NCBI RefSeq assembly: GCF_036321535.1 | Contig: NC_087436.1 | Location: 42,162,001 to 42,226,000 of the forward strand | Length of the DNA stretch: 64,000 nucleotides | From: Camelus dromedarius | Lineage: Eukaryota | Direction of reading: 5' to 3' | Part shown: piece after piece, positions 26,880-42,005 of the stretch | How positions within the stretch are numbered: position 1 is the stretch's first letter | Layout of the letters: every line of letters starts with the position of its first letter | Position numbers and translations under genes: made by a program | The notes under the pieces: generated by a model | Database searches by the model: none | Told to the model about the DNA's origin: nothing | The model's input: the letters and a program-made list of their open reading frames with translations, nothing else

Positions 26880-27265
26880 TATACTGAACCACACTGGATC
26901 ACATTCCACATTCTCTTAGACTATCCCATCTCTGCCCACACTGGGGACTTGGTTCACTCTGATCCGTTGGCATCATGGTACTTCCCATCTATCCAAATTC
27001 AACAGGCTCTTCAAAGTAAGAACAAATGCCACCTTCCACATCAATCTGATCTTGCCAAGGTTAAGAATTTATTCTTTATCTCTCTTCTTTGATAGTACTT
27101 TATATCTCTCTTATGGTAGTGTCCATGTTTGAACTTGTTATAAAAGTATTTGTGTATGTATGTCACCTCCTTTAGCAGACTATAAATTCCTTGAATATCA
27201 AAGCACCCAAAACAGCATACTGCCCATAATTCATTTACATTCAGTAAACATTCACTGAATATACA
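26880..27265 (+). mobile_element. L2 3' fragment
   Basis: aaatgccaccttcc...gactataaattccttg...tcagtaaacattcactgaat. Confidence 0.6.
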
Positions 27266-29024
27266 GCTATCTGATGGGCTTCATCATGAGGCTTTTTATA
27301 TTATAAAAGAGAAACACAGCTAAAGAAAAAAGGCTGAAGTAATACTTCTCAGAAGAGGATTCTTCAAGTATTCTCAATTAAAGAAAAATGTTAAGAATAA
27401 AGACTTGCCAAATCTTTTTAAGTCAAATCTTGCACATATTTTCTTGATACACATGGTTTATTTCACTACGTGGTTCCAAAGGAAAATCTGCATGATGATC
27501 ACCCACTAGAACGAAGAATTGGGAAAATGGATAAACAACTCTTCCCCGAGTTAACAGCTCCAAGGAGTTTGCTGGCAAAGATCTCAAATATCTCACCAAC
27601 TTCTGAAAATAAAAGTCTAAGACTGGGCAAACAGAGAACAAAAGTACAGAAGAAATACTGAGTCAAGCAGAGATCAGATTTCTCCAGGATTGATCAAGTA
27701 AGGAGTTTCTGAAGAGGTGAGTTTCAGGTAGGAAAGTTTATGATATTAGAGACAGAAAATAGTGGAGTGGAAAAGGACTTTTGGGGCAAAGGGAAGGACA
27801 TGTTCAATGGAAAAAAGGCAGTAAGAAAGATGTTGCTGAATAGAAAGAGAACTTGAATATCTACAGGAGAAAAAAAAAATCCTTTCTATGGAAAAGCAAG
27901 AAATGAACAAGGTCAGTTAAAGAGTAGGTGCCAGTGGGCTCAAAGGTTAAAAAAACAAAAAGGAAACCCTGAGTTTATGAGCTCATCTTAGATTCCTGTT
28001 ACCTGACAGTTGATTCTGACAAACTGAATAACCCTCAAAGTAGATGAAAAATCAACAACCAAAAGTCAAAATCAACACCCAGAAGGAAAGTCTTCTAATG
28101 AAATTAGAAATCATAGTCACAATATTGGACTAAGTGTTTCATAAAAACATAAGAATGGACATACATCAATTTAAAGGAAAAAATGGACAAATTAACTTAA
28201 ATATATTTGTATGCAGTAGCTGTACACAGCTTGCGTCAAAGCATATGATTCTTAAAAAAACACCTCATGCATAAGAGAAATGTGAATGTGGGAAAATTAC
28301 CCAAACATGCTATTTGTAATACTGTAATCTACTCCAGGAGAACATGCAGATAAGGTGGTAAGAAAAAGGGTTCCAAGGATGGCCAATTGCTAGTCATTGT
28401 GAAATAATGCAACTCCAAAGTCAGTAAATGTGACCACACAGTTGGAATCACAGCAAAGAATTTAGCATCTGGGAAGAGAGGAACCAGTGATCCCTACACA
28501 TCAGGTCCTCAGGGTAAATGCAGAATCTCCAGCTGAGCTTGGGAAAAATCACTGCATTCCGATCCAATGTAGTCAAAAAACAAAACAAAACAAAAAACCC
28601 AGTGGTCCAAAACATTGCTGCTTTTAATTAACAGTTCACATAACACTTTAAAGCGGTGTTTACTGATTTTAGAGTCACATGTAAAGCTGTACTTCTCAAA
28701 GTGAGAACAGCCAGGTGTAAGAGGGAATACACACCATAAAACCATAAAATGAATGCATTATCCTAGAATGGTCATCTTTATCCATATATAATGTTAATAT
28801 CCTTTTTTTATAATAAAATAAACGAAGGTACAAGATTGTAGGAGAGACTGATAGTTGCCTAGTAGTATCTACATTCTCTCCTTTCTTAGTAATACTTGCC
28901 AAGCTCTAGCTGAACAAAATAAAGAAAGAGATATGCAATTTTAATAGGCATTAAGTAAGGATAGGACATCTTAGGAAAAGAAAGATTTTAAAATGCACAG
29001 ACCACAAATTATAAGTTGCATTAA

Positions 29025-29500
29025 CTCATTCATTCGGTGTATATTTATGGAAGGCCTACAATATTCTAACTCCAGGGGTGAAAAAATGATGAAACACGAT
29101 GTCTACCTCAAGAAACTCACAGTCCAGTGAAAGAAAGATGAGTAAATAAGTCATTGCGATTCATTACAATGTGCTAACAGAGATCATGACATTCTTATAA
29201 CGGTACCTAAGGGTCCAGGAATAGCCCTAAGGGTCCTCAGATGGAGTGGTGGTGACATTGGGGACCAGATTAGCTGTGTGTGACTCGTGAGGAATAAAAT
29301 GAGAAAGACAAGGAAGCAGGTAGGCCTGACTGCAAGTTTCAGGCTTTTGAACTTGATCGTTTATGTATGGGACCCACACAGAATTGTCAAGAGAGAAATA
29401 ACAGTGCTGTCTTGCTTGAAGATTAATTAGTCATTGATTTTAGAGAGGATCAGGTTCAGGGAAGAAGTGACTGAAGGGTGAAGCCTGGGAAACAGGTTAG
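29025..29500 (-). mobile_element. L2 fragment
   Basis: ctcattcattcggtgtatatttatggaaggcctac...tctacctcaagaaactcacagtccagtg. Confidence 0.6.
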
Positions 29501-31766
29501 CGGGCTCTATAATTATTCACACATGAGGTCATTTCAATTTGCAGAAAATGCGAGTGGAAAAAAAAAAGGAACGGAAAGGGACAAAAAACATGTCCAAGGA
29601 AGAACTGCCAGTATTTGTTGAAACCAGAAAGAAAGATGCATTGAAGGAGTTTAAGAAATATGTATTTCTTTTTTGACGTGTTGTGGCTTTCAAGAGCTTC
29701 CGACAGAATATTTAAAAAGAATGCCCGAGTTAACCAAAGGGATTTCCGTTCTATAACTGCATATATTATGCTTAAAGTCTTAGTTTCCATCCAAGCAACT
29801 AATATAAAAGTTACAAATGCATTCATGCATCTAAGAGACTCACTGAGTACCTCCTGTGCATCTGCCAAATTCCCAGCTCAGCACTAGCAGTAGGAAATAA
29901 AGTTTGAGTGATTTATTTATTTGTGAAACAGTACCTTACACTACAATAATGCCATGAAGAAGCTCCTTAAGTAATAGTCAAGTAATATTAACCTCACTCA
30001 GGAAAACCTCACTTAGAAAATTTTTTCTAAGACTCACAAGTGCCTTTTTACGAGTACCAAATGGAATATCACAAAACACGTAACCACTTCCACCTGTTAC
30101 CCCATGGCTCAGGACTCCCCCTGCCACCAAGGATTTTCCCATCTAATTGTCCCAACTGTAGTTACACGTCACCTACCTTACCTGGATGCTTTATCATTCA
30201 CCAACAACTGTGTAACTATTAAAATTTAAACTTCACGTTTACAGCATTTCTTTCCATCCTCCAGAACGTGAGTGCCTAATGGCCTAGAAGCTGCTTTTGA
30301 TGCCACTGCCATCATCTTGCATCCAGAATTGTTTTCATAACTTAATGTTTAAACAAAAAAGGCAGAGAGAATGTGACCATGCATCTTAAGTACTGGGCCC
30401 TGCCCTTTCACAGTTTTTACCTTGACATTAAACCAAAATTATACAAACTTAAAATACCATGAGAATAACAAGAACAACAAAAAAGGTTTTTTGTTTTTCT
30501 TTTAAAACCACCCAAAATGATTTCATATTTTGGAGAAAAATAATCCTTTAAAAGGGCAGCTGTTTCTAACTTTAATCAGAGTGATGCTTATCAGATATCA
30601 CGTATCTTATCTCAGAGGCCAACAGAATAATACAAAAGAAAAGCACCATATTTTGCATTAAAGAGAATTTCTTTAAATGCAATAAGAAAATGTGTCTTTA
30701 GACAATTCCATCATATTTATTTTTTCCTGTGAGTTCTCCTTTTATGGGACTTTAAAACAACATTTTTTTTTAATAAATACATTTTTCTCTTATACCAACA
30801 GAAAGTCAAACAGCAAACTTAAATCCTGTTGTTTACACAGTAAGACAGCTATGAGAGAGAAAGGAGAAATGAAAAAAATGGCGTCTTATTTACTGAATTG
30901 TTGAGTGCCAGTTTATTCAGCTGTCCATACTGGGTGATTCATTACACAGCTGCTTGTTCAAGTGAAAATAGAGAAGTGGGCTCAGGAAGCAAAATATTCA
31001 TGGCCCAATAAGCTGGTAAAAGGAACAGGTTTAGCTAAAGAATCTCATGTTGAAAAGAACAAACCAATAAAATTCTAACTAAACATGTAACAGTATGTTC
31101 ATCTTACTATCAGCTAATATCTATCGGTCACTGTATGCCTAGTATACAGCTGGGCACGGCATTAAATATGTGCTTTACCTACTCTACTATCCTATTTAAA
31201 CAGCAAACTATCACCATAAGGTAGATAGTTTCCCCTTTATATAGATGAAAAACACTGCAGGCTCAAAGTTCCAATATCTCAAAAATATAAATGGCTTAAA
31301 AAAAAATTCCACCAAGGTTAATGTAAGTTGAAAAAGCTCATAATCTTTCCACCAGCCATTAGTGCATCTGACCTCACAATTCTATTAAATACATGGGGGC
31401 CATGTTAACAATTTTAACAAGAGAAGACTGTTAGTGGGAACTCCCCTATCTACTACCTTACAAGACATAATGGGCCCATTTCCTCCTCTTATTGATGCTT
31501 ATTTCTTTCCCTTTAATAGAAATTTCCACACTTAAAACCTATTAAATTTCACCTTGTAACATTTCAAATTCACTTTTTATATTATCAGTCATGTTGTAAT
31601 ATCTTTCAGTACACAGATGGATGGAAAAATACTGACTACAAATTTTCCCTTTTTCTGTCAAATTGTAAATGAAGATGAGAAGACAAATAGGTAATGGAGA
31701 AATTTAGACCCCATATTTCCTTCAAGCTTAGTTGCGACTGTTTTAGGCTCTAAAAAATCTAATAGA

Positions 31767-34185
31767 ATCTCAGGCACGCAAGGCTGGTTCAGCATTCAAA
31801 AATAAAACAACGTAATTTATCACATTAACAGGCTAAAATAGAAAAAAATCACATGACCATATCAATATATGCAGTAAAAGCATTTGACAAAATCTAACAC
31901 CCGTTCATGATAAAAACTGTTAGTAAATTAGAGAAATACCTTCTCAACTTGATAAAGAATATCTACAAAAACCATACAGCTAACATCATATTTAATTGTG
32001 AGAAACTAGAAGCTTTCCAACTAAGATCAGGAAAAAGGCAAGGATGTCCCCTCCTTTTTAACATTGTATGGGAATGCCATGCAATAAGAAAAGGAAATAA
32101 AAAATACACAGACTGGGAAGGAAGAAATAGAACTGTCTTTGTTCACAGACGATATGTTGATTAGAAAATCCAAAAGAAACAACAAGAAAACTCCTGGAAC
32201 TAATAATGATTATGTCAAGGTTTCAGGACACAAAGTTAATAGACAAAAGTCAATCACCTTTCCATATACAGCAATGAACAAGTGAAATTTGAAGTGAACA
32301 ACACAATATTATTTAAATTAGCATCTCCAAATATGAAACATTTAGTTATAAATTTAACAAAATATGTACAAGATCTGTATGAGAAAAAGTATACAACTCT
32401 GATTAAAGAAATCAAAGAACTAGATAAATAGGGAGATACTGCATGTTCATGGAAAGGAAGACAATACGGTCAAGATGTTAGTTCTTCCCAACTTGATCTA
32501 TAGATTCAATGCAATTCCATCAAAATTCCAGCAACTTATCTTGTAGATTTCAACAAACTGATTCTGAAGTTTATATGAAGAGGCAGAAGACCCAAAATAG
32601 CCAACATAATATTAAGGAGGGGAACAAAACTGGAGAACTGATGCTTCCTGACTTCAAGGCTTACTGTCAAGCTATAGTAATCAAGACAGTATGGTACTGG
32701 CAAAAGAGTAGACCAGTGGGTCAATGTGACAGAACAGACAGCCCAGAAATAGACCCACAAACTGCTCTTTGACAAAGGAGCAAAGACAACAGAATGGAGC
32801 AAAGACAGTCTCTTCAACAAATGGTGCTAGAACAGCTGGACATCCACATGAAAAAAAAATGCATCTAGACACAGACCTTACACCATTCACAAAAATTAAT
32901 TCAAAATGGATCACAAACCTAAATGTAAAGCACAAAAATACAAAACTTGTAGAAGATAACATAGGGCCTGAAGACCTTGATGACCTTGGGTATATTGATG
33001 AATTTTGGGATACAACAACAAAGCCATGATCCAAGAAAGAAAGAATCGATAAGTTGGACTTCATTAAAATTAAAATCTCCTGCTCTATGAAAAATAATTT
33101 TAAGAGAATAAGAAGACAAGCTACAGTTTTGGAGAAAATGCAAAAGATGGATAAAGGACAATAAAATGAACAACCTAATTTAAAAAAAGGTCAAAGATTT
33201 GAACAGAAATCTCACTAAAGAAGATATACAGATGGCAAATAAGCATATGAAAAGATTCCCCATATCAAATGTCATCAGGGAATTACAAATGGCAACAATG
33301 AGACACCACTACACATCTGTCAGAATGGCCAAAATCCGGACACTGACAATACCAAGTACCGACAAGGATGTGGAACAACAGCAACTCTCATTCATTGCTG
33401 GAGAGAATGCAAAATGGTACAGCCACTTTGCAAGAAAGTACGGCAGTTTCTTATACAACTGAAAATATTCTGACTATACGATTCAACAACTGTACTCCTC
33501 CTTGGTACTTACCCCAAAGAGCTGAAAACTTATATCTACCCAAAAACCTGCATATGGATATTTACAGCAGCTTAATCATCATTCCCAAATTTGGAAGCAA
33601 CCAACATGTGCTTTAGTAAGTAAGGGGTAAATAAACTGTGGTACATCCAGACAATGGAATATTATTCAGTGATAAGAAGAAATTAGCTCTCTTTTATGCT
33701 GTAAAAAGGCATAAAAGAATCTTAAATGCATGTTCTTTAGTAAAAGAAGCCAATCTGAAAACCCTACATACTACAAGATTTCAAGTACATTCAATTCTGG
33801 AAAGGGTAAAACTATAGCGATAGTAAAAAAAAGATCAGTGGTTGCCAGGGGTCGGTGGGGGCGTGGTGGGTGAATAGATAGAGCGTGCAGAATTTTCGGG
33901 CAGTGAAATTACTCTGTATGATACTATAATGATGCATACATGTCATTACACATTTGTCAAAACTCATAGGATGTGCAACACCAAGAGTGAACCCTAATGT
34001 AAATCAGGAACTGTGTGTGATTATGATGTGTCAACGTAGGCCCATCAATTGTTATAAATGTACCACTTTGGGGTGGGGTGTTGATAATGGGGGAGGCTAC
34101 GCATGTGCAGGGGCAAGGGGTATATGGGAAATCTCAATTTTGCTATGAGCCTAAAACCGCTCTGAAAAATAAAGTCTTTAAAATA
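31767..34185 (+). mobile_element. 5'-truncated L1 (L1MC-like): degraded ORF2 RT/C-terminus plus 3'UTR
   Basis: ORF fragments [49 protein letters not shown] and NRNLTKEDIQMANKHMKR. 3' end gggtatatgggaaatctc...cctaaaaccgctctgaaaaataaagtc. Confidence 0.95.
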
Positions 34186-37100
34186 TTTAATAAAGTTTTT
34201 TCCTCCGTCCTCCTGTCTCATTTTTGTGTAAATTTTTTTCAGTGGTTAAACTCATTTTATGAATCAGTAAATATCATCAAAACACTTGGGGTCTTAATCT
34301 CATTATAACACCAGTCATAGAAATATGTGTGAATAAATCTGCATCCGATATCCGCTGAGGTTTGTAGACAAATATCCTTTTTCTCTTTTTATCTTTTAAA
34401 CTAACATTCTATTATGAAGATTTTCTACACCAAATAATTTTAGATAAGACATTGCTTTCTCATCACTCGTACGAACTGGAATCTATGACTGGGTCCTTTA
34501 GAACAGTCACCAGACCAAAATTTAACACAATCCAAATTCAAGTACTGCTTTGTTTACGGCAATAGAAACAAAGTGAGATTGAACAAGGACGGACAGATGT
34601 CTCACATGGTTGGAAGAAAGGGAAGGAATAAACTAAAAATGATGCTGAATTTTAAAGTAACACTATTATCGAGGAAGATGGCAAAGCTGCAAACAGTTGG
34701 GCTTCCTTTTTCATTAATTGATTATCAGTTGACAAAGATTCACAAAGAAAAATTTTAATCCAAACTTCATCCTTAACCCTCTAAAGGCTTATTAATTTTA
34801 GCTTTTGAATTTAGATTTTGCTTGTTATGTTTTTGAACACAGCAACAGTCAAAAGTTTAGCAAAATTTTTTCCACAGAAATTAAGATGGACCACAATGAT
34901 TAAAGTGCCACAAAATTCAGGGCTTTTTTATAGAGTGATATTTTCTAGGATACATTTTTGAATTAAATAAAATCCAGGAATACGTGGCCCTAGGACATCA
35001 TTTTTTAACACTATTTTTGATAACACTCATTTATTTGGGATGGCAGCTAGCATCTGCTGAGGTCCACAGCCATACGTGTATTCCTCCTGAAGACTGTCAC
35101 AGGCGTAGGAACCTGAGGAGTGCTTCTCTTCTAAGCAAAGTCCTTAGAATGTTTCTTTACATGAAAATGATCAATCTATGAGATCGAAACAGTGCAAAGC
35201 AAAGTGAAGTCAATGTCACATGCAGGTAAAGTCAACAATATGTTCCATGCATCGAACAAAGCACCCGCCATCTCCGTTCCAGTCACTGCTGACCTGAGAT
35301 CCCCTTTCCCTCCCGCCAGCTCTGTCTGGAAGACAATGTTAGGCAACCAAGGGAAAATAAGTCTACATGTGCCAAGTACTTACAATTGATCGGGTTTATT
35401 TTTACAATGGAATTATTTTTCTTATTTCATGAATAAAAAAGTTGAGGTTCAGAGGAATTAAATAACTTGCCCAGTAACCTAAGACTAGTAATAGTGAAAC
35501 CACGATTAAAACAGGTTTGCCTGGCCTTAACGCCTGTGCCCATTCCAGTACCAGGCGGCCTCCTTAGTTCCACTTCCAGCAAAGATGGTTTCCAAAAGTA
35601 ATGGTGCTTGGGTCTTATGGGGAAAGTCAAGGGAAAATAGAAGAAAAGGCAAAATAAAGAAATGGGAACGATTACAGGGCACAGATTCTTCATTCCATAT
35701 TAACTAAAGCCCAGGGGGCCTGCCTTTCCCAGCACTACTTTCTCAGCACATAATCCCAGTTCCACTCTCTGCCTCAACTGTGTGCCGAGGTATAACGGTG
35801 ACGTGAAAGTCCATGTTCAACATCAGAGTGCCCATAAGGTCAGGTTTCGGGATGGCAGCCTCTTCCAGTTCCTTTAAAGAAGGGCATGGTTAACACACTA
35901 CGTGGCCATGGCATTTAGACTAACGCCCAACACTCAATAAATATTTGCCAACAGACCTAATGAAGGAAAGAACTAAGTGAATGGAATCTGATAAAGAGGG
36001 TGGCAGAGAGCCAGAGATGGCTGTCTTTTCCTCCCACCTGGGGTTTTCTTTCCCAAGTGGAACCAGCATTGAAATCCCAACGTGCTATAAAACTTACAGG
36101 TCACACATAAGATCTTTGGAGGTTTAGGGACTATGACATTTTATTGTTTCCTCAGCATCGAATGGAGTATCTCGCACAAGGCAAGTGATCAACAAATATT
36201 GCTCAATAAGGAAATGAGTGAATAAACAAAGGATCTAGGTAAGAAGGACGAGGCATTTTCTTCTATAAGGATGAAGTAACGTTCTCAAGGGAGATTAGGA
36301 AAGTCTGTGAGACCTAGAGAGCCTCAGTGAGCTTGGGATGGAAGCTTAGGAAAATCTTCTGCAGTAAGATATCTAAGAAGGGCAGCTGGACCAAAGGGTG
36401 GATGTGCAGGTGACAATCAACCTATAAAACTTGGTGAGATAGAAAAATGACAAAGAGAATTCACCACTCAAACAAGCAGCTTATGGGAGAGAGTAACTTT
36501 CCAATAAGTAGAGAACATTCAGCAGGAACTAAACATCAGAACGACCTACAACCTCAGCCACAGGGGTAGCAGAGGGAGGTCCCACTTCCTGTTAAAGGAG
36601 ATGAGTTTTAAAATGTCCCTCACACATGGTGACCCTCAATAAATTATTATAGAAGGGTGGCAGAGGAAGGAAAAGAGGGACAGAAGTGGAAGGAGGGACA
36701 GATGGATGGCCCCAAACTGGCCTAACCTGAGCTTTGCATTACTACTCCTTCGGAAGAGCTTTAGTTCTGGGCTCCCCAGAGGGTCTTATTATAAGGCGGT
36801 GGTCTTACCCAGTAAGCATTGCAGCACAGATCTAGAACCCAGGGATAGAAAAACTACAGTGGAACATCCTTGGGGCCATTTGCCACTCTAGGTTCTAAGG
36901 CCACACTCTTTAGGTCCCATGTTTTCCTTCGTAGCACTTACAAATGTCATTTAATGTGATTAGAAGTTTAGTATCTGTCTCTCTCACCACACTGAAGTTC
37001 CCTGAGGACACAAGCCCACTTTGCTAAACCTTCTGTTTCTGGAACCTAACACAGTCTCTTAAAAAAAAAAAGTGTTCTGTGTATATTCATTAAAAAATGT

Positions 37101-40100
37101 AAAAGTAAAAATTTTAAAGTGTTATTTTATGGCCTGATCTTAAAGGTAAAAGGCATTTTTGGCTAGTTTAAGTGAATAAAGCAAGCACTGCACACCAGCC
37201 TATTCTGTACCATATATCCTCTATGGAAAATCTGATACCAAGAAATCTAGCTGAGTTTTAAAACTAACAGTATTATTCAGGCAAAAGAGACACATGAGGT
37301 TACATATTTTAGCCTGTAATTCTAAAGGTTAGTTTAGTGGAAGCTCTTCATTTCACAAATGAATAAACTGGACCAACCTTGATGAAATGGTTCTGGATTC
37401 CTTAAGTACAAGTACAAGCTACCCGAAGCCTGTTGTGAACCGCATCTCTCTGGGTACTTTAGGTTACAAGACAGGAAGGCCTACTGTTGATGGACATACT
37501 GATAAGAGATGCTACACACTTCATGCTTTGATTATACAGAGAATTATCTGATTATAAACATATGAACTTAATTACGTTTTTGTGTCTCTGTAACAGAGTG
37601 ATGCTTTCAGGGTCTGCTACGCTAAAAGGCCCCAGAGGGCTGTGCGCTTTGAGCTACTTGTAGTCTCCTTACATTTACTCTGGAAGGGTCTCTTTTTCCT
37701 GCCAGGTTATTAAATTGTGACTTTTCACTGTTTTCAGTGCACCAACATGAACGATTGATTTGTTTGACTCTTAATCTTAGAAATAAAATAGCAAGCTGTT
37801 TCAAAGGTGTATAATTAGAGTGAATTAACTCTGGAGGAAGAAGGTCTCTACGGTGAGTCAGTATACGAATTTTAGTTCCTGGAGATATTTTGGCATTTAC
37901 TTTGGCTTCCCAAATGTCTTTTTGACTTAGATTTTAGCCCTTGGTTGTCATCCAGATAAGCAAGACTGCCAGGGAAAGCCGGTGTGTTACTGGAGTTAGT
38001 GGGAGCGGCAGATCAAACCTCAGATCTTTGGTCCTCCACTACATGCTCTCTTAAAAATGCAGCTCATTTTGGTAAATAATAAATTTCTAAAAATTCATAA
38101 TGTATATCTCCTACCTAATGGTTCAATAATCCTTTACTTTTATATAATACTCTGTGATTTATAGGTACAAAGGTTATTTCAAGAGATCTTCAGTGAACAT
38201 TTTTAATACAGACAAAAATATTACTAACCCTCTCGTTTGACAAGTAAGAAAACTGCAGCTGGAAAGTTCATGGGACAAGACCCACGATGTCAAAGCTAGT
38301 AAGTGGCAGACATGCGACACTGAATCCCAGAATCCTGAATCCCAGAATCTATTGCTACTACACGGACATAGCTTTGACAACATGAATTAGTGGAGCAGAG
38401 CCAGTCTACACAGGCTAAACACAGCAACAACAACAGCTAAAGCTAAGAAGGATGTACCTGTTGAATTTTAGGCAGTCATTAGTTACTTTCCCAAATGCAT
38501 ATTTCTCAACCAAGTAAAGCTTTCAAGAAAATCTTTGCCACTTACACATTTTCAATGCATTTAAACACTTTCTGCACATCTTAGCTTCTCAACACAGCAG
38601 TTGTCTGGCTTGCTTAATTCTCAAACTGAAAAGGAAGAGTGAAATCTCCCTGAGTGTTAAGCACCCATGACATTAGCACCATGTCGGGCCCCCTGACATT
38701 CCTATCACCTGTTAACTCACAGGGTTATGAGATTTGGGCTGTAAAAGGCTAAAACTGCTGCATTACCTCCTTCCCGGAGTAAGTATGAACCTTTAAGAGT
38801 ATAATCACCCAAGTGAGAGGGTGATAAGAACTGGTATTAGGGACGCCCAGAGTGTGCCCCTCATTCTCTGGAACCATTACCTTGCCCTCTTCCTCACCAG
38901 ACTAATTACAAGGCTGGTATTGATTCTCCTGACTTATTCTTACTGTCACTAGACTTCTGATTTCGTATGAAATATTCACTACTCCTAGAAAGGCAATACG
39001 TTAAATTGCTACCAGCCAGGAACACAGCATGGAAGAAATTTCTTCGTCCTCATCTTGACTACAGCTAAGTAACTGCATCTGAGGTTTGGAAACAAGGTGG
39101 TTTTAAAAAGAGAAAAGGAGAAGGGGATTGGGGAGCACTGGACAGCCTGAGCCAGAGGAAGGCTAACCGAGGGTGCTACCCTGGGGTTCAGATTAGAGGT
39201 GGAACAAAGCAGAGGGAGGAGAGCAGGAGAGAGTTCATGCATTTGGGCCATGGGGGTGGATATCAGGGTTTGGGGGCTACTGAAAGGGAGCAGAATAAGA
39301 AAAGTGCAGACTAGAAAGAGAAATCAAAAAGCCCCATGTAAACTTGACCATTCTGACTAAGGCTGGCCATATTTTAGAAAGAGTATAAATTTCTATGAAA
39401 GGATGATATTGATAAATTATGCCCAGGGAGTTAAAACATTTTGTTAAAGATTGCCTCCTTTCCATACTCGGTACAGATGCCTACTGGTGAAACCACGACT
39501 GCGTAAAGATTATTTATTTATGTTTCTTCAAACAAAAACGGTTTTTGTCTCAACTCCACTGGGTACGCTTTGTCCAGTTTGATGTCCTAATTAGCAATTC
39601 GTAGCATGATTAAATGCTAAATACACAGCTGTGTGAGGCTTCAGCTGGTAGTAACCAGTAGTGCCTAATACTGACTTTTTAAGGAGAAAAACAAAAGTAC
39701 TCAAATACTGGATATAAAACTTTTGAGGCCCTAATCAGCTGAAAGAAGTAAAGTTACCAGTATCAGCACTGATTATGTACAACACGTGAACAAAGCCGAT
39801 AGCTACACAGATCTGTCATCTCTATCGAAAAGCTATTTGGACTAGAAACAAAGTAAGCCTAACCTCCTAAGTAGCTGATTTAGTTTAACTCACATAAATG
39901 ACATATTACATATGATTTCCATTAAATCCTCGTAGTTTAAAAAAGACATTATTACTAAGCAAGTCTAGAGGGATAAATGATGTATATTCCAACATTATTA
40001 CAGGAAGCCCATATATGCTTTTTGGGAAAATGAACTTTTCTGCATTCAACTGAATATAGGTTGCACATAATAAAGTAGCAGATAAATAGCCTCACTTTTT

Positions 40101-41257
40101 ATCTTTACCTAACTTTAGTCCTTATAAAAATCAAACACTTCTAAACAGTTTAAAACAATGGAGACTTTTCTATCTTCAGAACAGAAAAGTGACCCAGATC
40201 ACACACCAGTATAAATTTCCCCTTTAAATCTGTTAAAATCCAGTCAAGGAGCCTCATCTGAAGTTTTATTCATGAAGTAAGTTACTTAAAATTTAACTGA
40301 AATAACTATAAGCCGTCAAAAGAAAAAAAAAACCCTAAATGCATTAGTAAGGCATTGCTAACAGAAAACAGGTTTGTGTTTAGTGCCTCAGATGACTGTT
40401 CTCAATCTTACACATATTTCTAATTATAACTAAGCCAAGTTTTGATACATTTAAGTTTTGGCGGCACAGGGGGCAAATTATCTCCTTTTTTTAATACTCT
40501 ATACAATATTCAACTAAGTATGCACTTTACCAAAATGAAGCCAAATTTGCAAGGGCTTTAAGCACTTTTCTGTTATTTCAATTTTTGCCTTGGAGAAGAA
40601 AAGTATTTTACAAAATCCATTCACAAATTCTCTATCGTAAAAAGCTTAAAAGATATAATCTTTAAAGTGAGAGGAAACCAAGTGGTGTGTATGCTTTGAT
40701 ATGTTTACAAATTCTCTTTAAGATTACAGTTCAGAAAAATATCCTTCAATAAAAGGGGTAATTCAATTATATTCCCTATATTGTGCAAAACAGAACTAAA
40801 TGATGGTTTGAATTTTTAATCATAAGATTTTGAAAAAGCAAAAGTTATTTCTCTTAATACTATTTCTAATTATCCCTTAATGACTCACCTGAAAATCAAA
40901 GATTCGTCACACATAAATTGTAAAATCAGTACTCTTCCATACATATCCCTCGTCCATCCTCTACAAGCCCCCACTTCTATGAACTTAGAATACACTTACA
41001 GAGAGGTCTGCTTGACTTTGGTTCTTTCATCATAACTGCACCAGAAATAAAACTGTTTTAAGTTAAGAATGAAAGCCTGTGTTTTAATGTATGTATGGTG
41101 CTCAAAATGTTTTATTTCACACCATCACTGAAGTGGAAGAAACTTTAAAAACCAGTCCTATCCCCACCCACTCACCTACCTACAGCTTAATGATAAAGAA
41201 ACGGGCCCACGAGGGGAAAGTGATCTCCCCAGGGGCTAGCTGGAGACCGTGACTATG

Positions 41258-41417
41258 CAGCTGACCCTTGAACAACTTGGGGGCTGGGGTGCCAAGCCTC
41301 CCTGCAGTCTATGATCCCGGTATAATTTATAGCCGGCCCTCTGTATCCTTGGTTCCTCCGTATCCACATACAAATGGACCCATGCAGTTCAAATCCATGT
41401 TGTTCAAGAGTCAACTG
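41258..41417. mobile_element. Tigger2-derived MITE (MER8-like)
   Basis: TIRs cagctgacccttgaacaac and gttgttcaagagtcaactg, with TA on the right flank. Confidence 0.85.
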
Positions 41418-42005
41418 TATATACCTGCTTGGTTCTAGCCGGTGCTCCTTCACCTTTACCAATGGTCTGACGCAGCAAATGCAAGGCTGACTGTTAAAAG
41501 TGAGCATGAATTTGGTTTTCTGTTCTATTTATCTACCCAGTAGCAACTAAAATGGTCCAGTGACATATGACCACGTGTATACATCCCCAACTAACACGTG
41601 GAAACACACGATTCAGCAGCAATAACTTGTGAACCTTCCCTTCCTGAAACACCCAGCCCTTGGATCCTAAAACACCCCTTTTTCCTGGTTATGCTTCCTG
41701 CCTCTGGTTGTGACTTCTCAGACTTCTTGGAGGTTCCTCTTCCTTTACCCGGCCTCTGCATGGTTGTGTTCGGGTCTCAAACCTAAGTCTCACCCCTTCA
41801 AAGCCTATTTCTCTTTGGCTATCTGTCCTGTTTTCTTGCTACAGAAATATCCATTACAAAGCAACCCTCAGCCCAGGTCCAGACTGGGTTTATCAGGCAA
41901 GGACTTGTGTAAAGCTTATGTGCATGTTCAGGGTTTGCTAACTTATAAGAAAGATGCCTTCCACCACAGTAAAAAAGATAAAGTAGTTCTCACAATATAA
42001 AAATG

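Noticed and set aside
31907..33616. Several 80-130 aa ORFs with RT-like text
   Set aside because: Frameshifted remnants of L1 ORF2 and their antisense frames, not a gene.
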